Below are positions 50,201 to 61,570 of a stretch of DNA of 64,000 nucleotides, in pieces. The stretch is from the NCBI GenBank assembly GCA_907165135.1, contig OU015566.1, positions 434,001 through 498,000 on the forward strand. Direction: 5' to 3'. This DNA is from Oikopleura dioica (taxonomy: Eukaryota; Animalia; Chordata). The first letter of the stretch is position 1; each line of letters opens with the position of its first letter. Under the pieces are notes generated by a model. It was not told the origin of the DNA, ran no database searches, and saw nothing but the letters and a program-made list of their open reading frames with translations. Both the position numbers and the translations under genes were made by a program.

Positions 50201-53200
50201 CTAATACCCTTTCACCTCTTACCTTAAATGTTGGTCGCCACATTGGTAATTTCATCAAACTATTTATCGTTGTTGATAAATTCACAAAGAGGTAGCACAT
50301 AAGGTAGAAAATTGAGATGATCGGATTTATGGCTTCAATTTCACCGATCCATATGCAAGCCAAACATATGAGAACTAAATATTGAATAAATTGAATTTAT
50401 ACTGTAAAAGTCTTTTATTAATAGGCTATCAATGAAAACCTATCATTATAAAAATAACATACATGTTGGAATTATGGCAATAGTTGGCTCGTTTAGTACG
50501 CCACGTCCCCTCGCAAAAATATTGAATTTAGGAATAACATCGTCCTTAGCAATTGCCTGTAAAAGGCGAGGAGCACCAGTAAGCGATTGAAGCCCAGAAC
50601 CAATTGAAGCAAATAATGAACCAATAAGAATTATCCATGGGTGCGGCCAAGCAACAGAAGCATTCATAAGTATCTTTAATTTTAACCAAAAAGTATATTG
50701 AAATTTGTCATACTTGATTTCCGTTTCCGTTGTAAAGTGCGCTTCCAAATTTATCTCGCATTAAAGCTCCATCAGAAATAAGACCAATAAAAAGTGTGCT
50801 TGCTAGGTAAGCGATACCGGTGCTCAAAATAGCTGCAATCGTGCCACGTGGTATAGATTTTGATCCGTTCGCAAGGTCACCTGATCTATTAGATCCTGCC
50901 ATGATTCCTGTGACAGATGGAAAGAAAACTCCAATAAGCACCATGATGTTCGTAAATTCATTTCCAGAAGAAAGAGTTGATGTCACGTATGGAAAAGAAG
51001 TTTCTGTGTTGTTGATATCGATTTCTTCGCATGCATCTTTGTTCTCAAAAATATCTAATAAGAGGTTCATCGTGATTTTATCAGAATCAACAATATAGAA
51101 AACCAAGATTTAAGTATCTTACAATAAAAAGAGGTAAAACTTTGTTTAAGTTTAAGCTCCCTCATTTCTTTACAAAAGCTCAAGACCTTTTTCAGCAATC
51201 GAGAAATTGCTCCCCTGTTTTTTTATTATTGTTTTACCTCAGAAGAAACATGTTTATTGAGGATGACGTTTATCTTATCAGTTTAACTTCAGGGGGTAGA
51301 AACAGCTTTCTCGATTTTGGACCGTAGCTACATAAAAGATAATATCAGATTTATTTATGTTTACAGAATTTCCTCATAAATGCTCCTTAAAAAGGGGTTC
51401 AGCTTCACAAAATGTGAATGAAATTTGTTTCCCTGTTACGTGACTCGAGATATTCGAGCTTGAAAATGTGCAAAAATCGAGAATTTCGGAGAGATTAGTT
51501 GCTTCTGAGCCTAATTACTCAAAAATTTGATGATAAACCAAATTTCGAGGGAGATGTTCCTAGATGTTAAATGTTTCTGTCTAAATATGAAAAGAAAAAT
51601 TGAAAATCAAAGATTTTCTTGTCTGTAGCGCCGGTCAAAAATAACCTATTTTCGAAAAAAGCTGTTTCTACCCCCATAAAGAAAAAATTATTTATCTGTT
51701 GATGAGAAATTTTGTCGCGGAGCCATCGTCCAAAAAGTTCAAGATAGAAAAAAATTCAACTTACTACATAATTTATCTACAAGAATTTGTCGCCTTACCC
51801 AGATTCTCCCGTAGATATTTATGCAAATAAGTAGTAGCAATCTCAGAATTCTGTAGCAATGAAAAATTTGTATATCTTTTTTTGAAAGAGACGCTACATT
51901 TTTCGACAGAATAAACGTCTTTTTTCCGGTTTATTCAATGGTCGTTGTGATTTTAAGATCTCCAATTATTAATAAATAACCGCGTTAAACGCTTGAGCGG
52001 AGCGAGCAATTGAGCGAATAGTCCAAAAAGAGCCGTGAGCTTATCAAGCGGAATTTGAGCGAGCGGACTCTAAGCAGTTTCTCTCAAAAAACATTTTTTC
52101 AAATTTTTTGTAAAGTTTCGACTAGCGTCGGAGATAAATTTCCCAAATGCAGTTGAAAAAATCGAAAGATTAGATAGAAAAGTGTTTTTTACCAATTGTT
52201 TCGCTCGGTCGCCGCTTTCTCACGCTCAAGTACCGCTCACCGGTCAATAAAAATTTGAGCCCTGAGAATATGATAGAGAACCTTTCCTTGTATTATTTCA
52301 TTGCGACGAAGGTGAGCAACCCAAGCATCATCTTTGCAAATCCACTGATGCTGATGATCATCTTTATGACGATCAGGGAACTCAATAAATTCGAATTTAT
52401 CACATTGAATCACATTTTCAGTTTCATTTCTTCGATCTTGAAAATATAATATTAGCTTAATTTAGCTTCTGATTTACCTGTAAGAAGCTCTGGAATATTA
52501 ATACGCCCATTGTGTATTCTGTAATGCTTAGGTTGCCAATTCCAGTTTTCTTCGGAATAAACATCAGCAGATATTTTTCGAGAGAGACCAGGAACTCCAT
52601 GTCTATTCCAAACAGGTGCAGCAAGAAGGGATTCGTATCGACAACCAGCATAAGGGGCTAAGAAAAGAGTTCCTAAATGTCATAAGCTATTCAAAAATAA
52701 TAGCAGAATAAGAAAGAAACGATCGATCACAAATAAGGCTGATTATGCGAAGCAAAATACAATGAATTTTACTAACGTTTAACGAACTCTCCTTCGGGAT
52801 CAAAATTAACCAAATTGTGAACATCATTATCGGCTTGACAGAAATTCTTAAAAATTTCAGTAGGAGTCTTGCATTTCCACTGATTTTGGTCATAGACGCA
52901 TTTTGCCTGATAGAAATGAGTATCATTGCGGCCATTGACTGTTGTTCTTGGTAAGCAAAAATCGTTGGTATCAACATCGGCGCAGTCATTTTCTTTATTA
53001 TAAAAGTCAGTTTCCACAAATTTAGGCATTTCTTCAAGAAATTTGAAGCACAAACCATCACGAGGTCTCTGAAAATCTTTGAATAGAAAAATCAATGCAG
53101 AAAGATTTTTAATCTGACCTTTGCAACAGTATCTCCAATCATACACATTATGGTATTCATATTTGGGCCAGATGCGGATGAGAAAAATCCAATAAATAGG

Positions 53201-55431
53201 GCAAGAGTTGACACAATAACGCAGATCAAAACTGGAAATGCTAGCTTGTTGATATATTTCATCCCTGCAAGCACCACAAGAGCCATGCAAATAAGAAGGA
53301 TCGTTCCCAAAACTCGGAAATTATCGTACATGCCAGAAATACCAAAGGAGGATCCAAGGAAGGACTCACCGTCGATGTCAAATATTCGAAGGACGCCCAT
53401 GTAGAGTGTCACAATTTCGATGGAACCTGAATTTGCAGGATGAATGAAATAGTTTTCTTAGGAGTTTTCAGCGCCACACCAAAGTACGCCAATGTCGCGG
53501 TGCAGGGCCTCTTTGCCCTTGATTGTTTTCAATTTTTCACGGACAAAAATATAAAAAGTGAATCAAAATAGACGAAATTCGGATACTGCTGAGATCCAGG
53601 AGGATCAAATAGTACGATTAAGCCCTTCCAATAAATGAATAGTTGCACTGTAACAGGGTGTCGGGCGGCGACGGTACAAATATGACTGGTATAGCAGTTA
53701 GCGGGACGGAACTGGGCACCGATACTTCTTGCCCTGTTTCGCACCCCGGGTATAGCTGAGGTGGAGCTCTATCCAAAAGTGAATTTTATAATGGGTAAAA
53801 ATTGTTTATCAAAAAGATTATGATTTTTTACCGGCAGGACGAAAAATTTGTACCCGCGGTATAAATTCTACTTTTGCACCGCGGCCGCCCGCCTCTCTGT
53901 AGCACGATTCTCGGAGATTGCGGGCGACTACGTTTGTAATCGGTTCTAAGAACCGGATAAGTATATAAAATAATAATGAGCTCTATTTAATAAAAAGCTT
54001 TAAAACGGGTGTAGAGCGGCTACGTAACAAATACCAGTAGTAGTTAAAATTGTTACGGCGTTACTAAAACTCAAAATAAAAATCATTCAACGAGTGTGCG
54101 TTTCGCGCTTGAATTGAAGAAAACTAGTTTTGGTTTACCTTATTGCGTATTCTGTCAAAAATAATAAAGATTACGAAATTGAAAATAATTTTTATTGCGA
54201 AAAAAATCTAAATTTTTGTAACGGCGTTAAAAAATTGTAAAGGCGTTACAAATTTGTAACGTAGCCGGCCGTCCCCCTGAAAACTCATACAGTTAAACTA
54301 AAAAACTTCTTAGCAGATAAGAACTATTATTAATAGTCTATTTACTTTCATAAGAGACGCTGTAAGAGGCTGATAAATCGTCTCTTCCGACAGATACATA
54401 AGACAGAATAAAAGGCGCATTCCAGCCCCGTTCCTTGATTTTTAATTTTAAGGGGCTTGACAGAGGCCTGGAACTCTAAATTGATCAATCTCAGTTACGT
54501 CCCCAACCCCGCCCACACCCGTTGATATTAAAATTTGAATTATCCTTGTTTTGTTCTTAATTATGGTTTTTATAAGACGTCGTTAAATATCTTTAACAAC
54601 TTGTTTCTCTTGAGTAAAAACAGTTGTAAAAGAGTTTTTACAGTGAAATTAACGATTTTTAGTTTTTCATTTTTTCCCTCTGATGGATGAGGATGGATCC
54701 GGATGAGGTTTTTACGACGATAAAAATGATTAGTGATCACCAAGGATCAATTTTGTGCATAAAATCCCTAATCTAAATCGGCTTTGAGAAAAATCGCATT
54801 TTGACCTCAGGTGACCTCAGGTGACCTTTGATGACCCCAAGTCACATGTTAAAACGATCAGTGGAACTTAGGCTTTCCATCGATGTATCATTCATCATTA
54901 TAAGAGCATGATATAAAAATCGATTTTCCCACTGTGCACCCCCTACGCATTACCCAAAAACGGGTCGATATGTTCTTTGACTTACCAATTATCATTCCAG
55001 CAGCAGCGATTGTGATTCCACAGTAGAACATAAGTCCAACGGCGGCACCCCAGCCGGGACCGAGTGATCTCGAAATCATGTAGTAGCTTCCACCTGCTGG
55101 GACTTTTCCGTTTGTAGCAATAGCGCTCATTGAAATCGATGTGAGCATTGTCGTCAAGCAAAAAAAAGAAATCATCCCAAAGCATTCCCAAATACCAGCA
55201 AGGCCAACCATCCAGGGCAGACGAATGAACAGAAGAACACCAAAAATATTTTGAACACAAGGCAGATACACTCCCATCATCGTACCGAGCTTAGACGATT
55301 TTTCATCTTTTTCATTTTTCTCGATTTCGCCGAGACTTGGCGTGAAGCTGGTATAACTTCCAACTTGCTGAGAAAATTTTAGTTTTTTGTCTCCTCCAAA
55401 AAGTGTTTTTTCTTTTTTGGGATATATAATC
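41287..55431 (-). CDS. K-Cl cotransporter-type cation-chloride cotransporter (SLC12A4-7/KCC family), divergent
   Basis: Exons 55431?-54986, 53426-53119, 53068-52777, 52657-52478, 52436-52282, (unresolved), 51054-50714, 50673-50463, 50374-50223, 48980-48793, 48697-48573, 47067-46907, 46212-46097, 45958-45672, 41719-41544, 41499-41287. KCC motifs: [90 protein letters not shown]...[20 protein letters not shown] at 41220-41215. The start codon was not located. Confidence 0.95.
41789..42168. mobile_element. MITE inserted in the left PLE pseudo-LTR
   Basis: Direct repeat TTTTATT(G) at 41781-41788 and 42169-42176; subterminal inverted repeats gcgccgccttgcgccgcc / ggcggcgcaaggcggcgc; related partial copies at about 22780-23150 and 55480-55590. 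Confidence 0.8.
42176..42214 (-). ncRNA. Minimal type I hammerhead ribozyme in PLE 3' pseudo-LTR
   Basis: GUGUU-CUGAUGA-A-GAGC(UUU)GCUC-GAAA-ACGU-UC^AACAC: perfect 5-bp stem I, palindromic AACGUU stem III, UUC cleavage triplet, followed directly by AATAAA. Confidence 0.85.
42423..43489 (-). pseudogene. Penelope-like reverse transcriptase C-terminal half plus GIY-YIG endonuclease, frameshifted
   Basis: [28 protein letters not shown] and FLD (RT motifs 4-7); after a frame change near 43160-43180, [21 protein letters not shown] and [13 protein letters not shown] (GIY-YIG with the PLE Cys/His residues). Confidence 0.92.
43665..43703 (+). ncRNA. Hammerhead ribozyme copy in inverted 5' pseudo-LTR
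   Basis: GCGUU-CUGAUGA-A-GAGC(UUU)GCUC-GAAA-ACGU-UC^AACAC; same as the 42176 copy except one stem I mismatch (C at 43666); AATAAA at 43704-43709. Confidence 0.8.
44470..45370. mobile_element. Foldback element with about 150-bp arms enclosing a minisatellite
   Basis: ctagagtagggtcggccctttt...ggttaaaaatcaaaaaa at 44470-44620 is inverted at about 45215-45370. Confidence 0.75.
44887..45110. repeat. Four-copy 56-bp minisatellite of hairpin-forming units
   Basis: Unit gaagggccgtcaagcccctt(a/g)aaattaaaaatcaaggaa(g/c)ggggctgagacggccc, four times; single-unit relatives at about 54422-54460 and 62320-62365. Confidence 0.9.
49296..49618 (+). mobile_element. Solo LTR (323 bp) in KCC intron
   Basis: TGTTA...ACAACA ends with 4-bp TSD TTAT (49292-49295 and 49619-49622); TATAAAA near 49491 followed by AATAAA near 49549. 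A 4-bp TSD is typical of Ty3/gypsy elements. Confidence 0.85.
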
Positions 55432-55758
55432 CTGATAAGTAAAAATAATGTTTGACATTGTCAACATCTCCGAGAATAACGGGGGTACTGAAGTGTGCCG
55501 CCCTGCGCCACCCAGCGTCGCCCGGTCCGAAACCATCGTGCTCAACAGATTTATAACAGATTTTATGCCAAAATCTGAGTTTGGTTGAGAATTACTGGCA
55601 CCCTAAATTATGCGTTCCAACACCCCTAGCCCGCACTTTTTTAATTTTTTCTTCTCGAAGTAGCAAAAGTGAGTGCTGCGTTTCCGCACCCTTAACCCGC
55701 TCTTTGGGGTGCAGAAACTCCTCACACAACTGTCATATAATTAATAACTAGTATTTAA

Positions 55759-56509
55759 GGGACGCCGCCGACCGAGCCCCGCGCGCGCTTCTCGCTCTTT
55801 TCACTCTCACTCTTCAGCTGGTTTAATTCTTTCGATTATCGTGATTTTTCGTACACGAAAATCATATTTTTATGCTCTTTCATCTCCATTTCTTAAAATT
55901 TTCATAGCTTATTGCAACGCCGAGTTAGGGCGAAAACATTGGCGCTCGTTTTCAAGTGTACATAAGTACTCGAATTATTCGGATTGGCACTTCGAGACTG
56001 CCCTCATTGAAAAGCCCGTGCGTTCTTGCATAAGGCCTACTTATTGAGATTTCCCGGAATAGTTTACTTATCCGATTATCGTGGGATAAATGCGGGTTAC
56101 CTGGAGCGCTCGGCGTGAAACACGGGCATTTTACACTGTTGGCGCGGGATTCCGCTGCGCTGGTCAGAACAACCTTTAATTACCGCCTGATTACGAGAGC
56201 TGCATTAATTATAATCAAATCTCAATAAGTAGGCCTTATGCAAGAAGGCACGGGCTTTTCAATGAAAGCAGTTTCGAAGTGTCAATCCAAATAATTCGAG
56301 TACTTATGTACACTTGAAAACGAGCGCCAATGTTTTCGCCCTAACTCGGCGTTGCAATAAGCTATGAAAATTTTAACAAATAGAGATGAAAGAGCATAAA
56401 AATATTAGTTCGTGTACAAAAAATCACGATTATCGAAAAATTAAACGAGCTGAAGAGTGAGAGTGAAAAAGAGCGAGTAGCGCGCGCGGAGCTCGGTCGG
56501 CGGGGTCCC
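55759..56509. mobile_element. TTAA-flanked long-TIR MITE (arms of about 290 bp)
   Basis: TTAA|GGGAC...GTCCC|TTAA; arms 55759-56050 and 56217-56509 are near-complementary; same terminal type as 20257-20984. Confidence 0.85.
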
Positions 56510-59500
56510 TTAAACGAAAACCCGACAATTTTGAAAATAAGGAATCATCGTCCGAAAGTATATTTTTTGGAAAAAAAATTGAGAATGCTTGATTGGAATA
56601 TTTTAATCTTTGGCTATGGAGTCTCTTGTTGCTCAAAAGGATTTGATCAGCTTTAAATTGAAAATTTACATTTTTTTTACTGAAAGTCTCTGAATATTCT
56701 TTTAATGATTATTCGAAAATCCCAACGAAAAAGATTAAATAGGGCCACAGTCTACTCAATGTAAAATACACAACAAAAATTGTCGCTTAACCAAGTCCGC
56801 CCGTTTTGTGAGCGCAAAAATCGTTATTTGTAATCAAACTCAATTCAAATTGTTTTAATAACGTTCAAAAGAAAAATATTTTGAAATAAAACTGTCTGTT
56901 TCACAGATAATATTTAAGAATTATCATTTATTTTAAAATTTTCGAGAGGTGGCTGCACGAGTCAGCGAAAAGCCTGATTCGCGAATTTTGTTTTTTTCAA
57001 CAATCAGAATCGACAGGGGCAACCGGGAGAATAATTCTGTGCACTGAACTATTCTGTGAAAAACAGAATTATTCTCACGATAACACCCCCCTTTCCGGGA
57101 GAATAATTCTGTGAAAAAAAAAGAATAGTTCTGTCCACAGAATTATTCTCCCGCCCAGCCAATCGACAGTTCGCCGAAAAAAAATGGAACAATTTTCCAA
57201 TCAGACTCTGATTAAGCAAAATTATTGGCAAAATTTTGTTCTAAAGCATTTTTTCTTCCCTTCCTGGTTCTACGCGAGCCATTTGGAGAAAATTCCAAAA
57301 CTAAAATAGTATTAAAGTATTAATGAATATTTGTATTTCAGGAAAACAGGTTCTAGAGATCATTCCCAGAGATATGAGAGACGCTCTGATTAAATCTTCA
57401 ATGATTTTAATAAGAGGAATTTTTCCTCATGAAACCCCGAAGACGAATTATAGCCGAACAATTCAAATTGGAAGCTCATTTTGGATTTTCCAATCAAAAT
57501 TTTCTTTTAATTTTAATTTTTCATTCTGTGGTTAGGGTTTGTTGCATAGTTGGAAAAAGCACGTGCGCGTGCGTGCGTGTTTTGCGCACGAGACCGCATT
57601 CGCACGCGAGTTTTTCGAACACTCGCGCAATTAGAAAAAAAAGGGTTTTTAATTCGAAACTTTGAGTTTTTGGCCTTCCTCAAAGGATCTCAACAGAGAA
57701 AAATAATTTTTTGTTGTTTTCAAAGCCTTGACTTGTTATTATGGAAACAAAGTCAAAATAAATAAGTGCTCATACGAAAAAATACAGTGAAACCTAAGTT
57801 AAGGCCACTTTTTGGATGACAGCTAATTCGAAAAGAGGCTATATTGGGTGACTCTCCAACTTAGTTGGATGACGCTTAAATTTTTCTATTTCTGGAGCAA
57901 GTGACCGAATCATGGACCATGATTCATGGAAATCAAAAATGAAAGGCGGAGATAATTTTTCGCACGAACCAAGTATGAATTCTTAAAACTCAATGCGCCA
58001 TTTGAATGAAACCTTCGGTTATTTTTTCATTCTCTTAAAAATGGATTTGCTAAAATAATGTCGCAAGAAGAAAAGAGAATCCACATGACATTGACCGAGA
58101 AAAAAAAAGATATTCAGTGAAAACCCATTTTTAGACGACAGCGAATTTCAAAAGTTGCCTTAAAATTGATATTTTTTGCCTTTTGTCGGATGACAACAAA
58201 TTTTCCCATATTTTTGGTACAAAAATGAATCATATGGGTTTATAGGGAAAGGCCCGAGTCTACCGCATGTTTTTGTCGCCCGAACCAAGTGGGATTCCAA
58301 ATGTGTTCTTTAAATTGGACTCTTGGTGATTCTTTCTTTTATTCTTTCAAAAATATTTTTCTGCCAAAATATCAGAGAAACGGATCGAAAATCTCCATCG
58401 AAATCTTCATGCACTTGAACCCAGCAATCTTCAAGCGATCATGGATCAACACTGGACTACTTCAAGAGGATTATTTTCGAGAAGAGATCGAGCAGTTTGA
58501 AGATCTCGATGTTGCAGAAAATGTTCTGGACAAACAAGAAGAAGAATTGGTCGAGCATTTTCTGGCGCTTTAAATTGATGAAACACGTCCTGAGACTCCG
58601 ATGGAGATTGAAGAAGTGCCTCAAGTTCAAGTGACAGACAATGCCAACACTAAACAGCCATCGACTTTCGGATTTTGAATAAAAAATAAAAAAAGTGGCC
58701 TTAAAGTGGATTTTTTTAGGATGACAGATTTTGGAGACTTTCCGAAAAAGTGGCCTTTAAAGGGTGGGCCTTAAAATGGGTTTTCACTGTAGAGCGATTC
58801 TAGTGAAGACGCCGAAGAAGAGTGATGCAATGAAGATTATCAACGGGTGTTTTGAAAGAAACATGATGGAAAAGACATTCCGACGCGGACATTTTATGCT
58901 CAGCGGTTCAAAATCAAGGTTTCAAATGTCTCAAAAATCGACGATTTCATCAATTGAGCATTATGAAAAGAAGATCAAGAAAGAATATGAAAAAATCAAA
59001 ATACGTGGACTTGCTACAAACGAAAAATAAGGAGCGAATATTTAAAAAAATTGAAAAAAATGGCCTTTAGTTGGATTTTTTTCGGATGACAGATTTCGGA
59101 GATTTTTCAAAAAAAGTAGCCTTAATTTGCTTGGCCTTAAGTTAGGCTTTTACTGTATATTTATATAATTTTTCTTAAATAGAGGTTAAATTGATTCTAA
59201 ATGATTCAACTCTCAAACTCATCACTACGAGCTTGAAATGCTGCTTCGATGATAGTATTTTGGGCCTTCAACGACCAACTCTCATTGGCGAACTCAATAA
59301 ACTTCGTTTCTCATGGAACAGTGCGTCTGGCACTGTATTATCAACAGAGTTCGAAATCTTGGGGAGCAAAATTGGGAGCTCCTAAATAAGAAAATAGGAG
59401 AGCAAGGAGGTGATGAAAAGCTATTGAGCCTTATTTAGTCTCAAAAGAGACGTTTTGGGTGGTAAGACGATAAAAATCGTCTCTTCCGATAGTTCTTAGA

Positions 59501-59790
59501 ATACATGTATTCTCGTTATATTTTTTTTTTCTAGGAAAATTCTAGGACAAAGTTGTTGCTTTTTTACAACAATTTTCTGCTAGAAAAAAAAACTGCACAA
59601 AACCTGCTCTGCTCTGCACTGCTCTGCATAACATATTTCACCTAATACACCAAATTTTCACAAAATTCACATAATCCTTGCCATGAGACACCTAAGCTCA
59701 GATACAAGTAAGATAAGCGAATAAAAATATTTTATTGACAGAAGATTTCACTTTCTGTACATTTTAAAGTAAGTGATTTTCTCCAAGGTC

Positions 59791-60868
59791 TCAAAAATCA
59801 CCAGCAACAACAGTAAGATTAAATCCCGCCTTTCCAAGAATATATTCACTTGGATAGTAAGTCTCACTATCACTGTTCCATAGAAGCTGCAATTCGTTCA
59901 ATCCTGTTTGGACACTCGGCAAATTGTTATGAGCCTGATATCAAATTAATAAAATATAAATTCTGAAAGAACTTACGCCAGTCATGCATTTCACAGAATC
60001 TCCAATTTGAAGATAATCTCCGCAGTCAGGATCGACGTCGAAATACAGTTATTTATGGAATTTGTGGACATTTTTTGTCCCCTAGTTTTCTGAAAAATGT
60101 CCACAAATTTGATAAAGAGCCTCGAAAAAAATGTCCCAACGAACTTGTTTAAATTTTTTCCTAGAAAGAAAATTTGATGATTTTTCTCAAAAAATAATGA
60201 GAAAAAGAATACAAGATTGAATCTAAAGACGTAAATCTGAACAAAAATTAAGATTTTTGACGAAAAACAGTTCTTTGCAGGTAAAATTGGCTTCAATTAC
60301 GAAAGTAAGACCATAAATTTAGAAGTAAAAGATATCAATTGAGAAAAAATGTCCATAAAGTTGATACCCTCTTTTTTTGAATATGTCCCAAGAAAACCCC
60401 TTATAATCTGAAAAATGTCCACAAATTTGATGTCCACAAATTCCATAAAAAACTGTAGTTGATTTTGTAGCTGATTGGCTTTACATTTGATTTAATCGTC
60501 ACTAAAAATATTTCAAGAATGACAGAATTTTGAGAAAATTTACAGTCACAGTTTTTATTTGGTTGATAGGAATCTCGTTTATCGCAATCGTCGGGGCAAT
60601 GCCACCCACTAGTACTACGGGTCCCTGTTTGTCGAACCAGAATATCTTCCAAGTTTTTTTGACCGATATTTAGACCCCTGCAGAAACAGCCCTTTTGGCC
60701 TTTTGGAGGAACTAAATCTCTTGTCTCTCCATTTTCAAGAATAAGTGGATTTTCAACATTGCAAATATTAGTCGAAGGATTGGAGGCGATCGTCATCACA
60801 ATTGAAACGTACAAGGTGACCATTATTGCAAAAACGCACAACTTTCGACATACGTCATTTTTGCTCGT
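59791..60868 (-). pseudogene. Type II membrane CUB-like gene with a MITE inside a coding exon (cluster gene 7; 5' exon not securely located)
   Basis: Exon 60868-59977 (TSKNDVCRKLCVFAIMVTLYVSIVMTIA...SYQPNKNCDCKF...KINY|FDVDPDCGDYLQIGDSVKCMTG) is open only after removing 60046-60455 plus one TA. Exon 59934-59791 (LLWNSDSE...AGFNLTVVAGDF*), AATAAA near 59731. DCGDYLQI matches gene 2. Confidence 0.8.
60046..60455. mobile_element. TA-flanked Tc1/mariner-type MITE (410 bp)
   Basis: TA|CAGTTATTTATGGAATTTGTGGACAT ... ATGTCCACAAATTCCATAAAAAACTG|TA. Confidence 0.9.
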
Positions 60869-61269
60869 CTAGAAAATATTTCATATTTTGCGTCTTGTTT
60901 AAATATATTGTTATGAAATAAGGGTCCGATAGCAATTTTTTTTTCTATTTATGTATGTTCCGGAGATGGATATCAAAACTTGACTTAGAAGTTATATCAA
61001 AAAACATTAAAATATAACATAATTATGATGATTTCGAAAATAAATTAAGAATAGCCGATTTTGTCCGATTTTGACTCAAATGAGTTCAAGCCATTACACA
61101 GGGCTGGCAAATTACTGTAGGGTCCTTACAGCCGTACTACCGAAAAATTGTTAGGGTTCTTACTTAAAATTAGTTTGAATTAGAACGGCATCCCCGTCCT
61201 ACCCGTCCTAAAATGAGAAAAACGAATGACCCGCCATGATTGGGGGACCAATAAGCGCGCGCAGAGTTC

Positions 61270-61570
61270 GAAATCTTCTTCACGCGCTGAAGTATACTTC
61301 AGCTATCGGTTCTTATCGAACACTTTACCTGCCACTTCATCTGCCACAATCAGCGTGATTTAAATCATGGCGCCTTAGAGCCAATAAGCGCAAAATCTGA
61401 AAAAATTCTGGCGGACGGATTCTGATGGCCGACAGAACCAAGTTGAAGGGCGGAAGGGCGGTTGAAGTAGAGGGAAGGGCGGAAGTACACTTCACGCCCT
61501 TCAACGCCCTGCAACGCCCTGAAGTATACTTCATGAAGTATACTTCATTCTGAAGGGCGAGTGAAGTATA
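61270..61570. repeat. Element with repeated GAAGTATACTTC palindromes
   Basis: gaagtatacttc at about 61289, 61521 and 61535 with ttcacgccct / agggcgagtgaa inverted units. Confidence 0.6.

Noticed and set aside
53745-53775. tRNA-like start GGGTATAGCTGAGGTGGAGC
   Set aside because: No B box, T arm or acceptor-stem partner follows.
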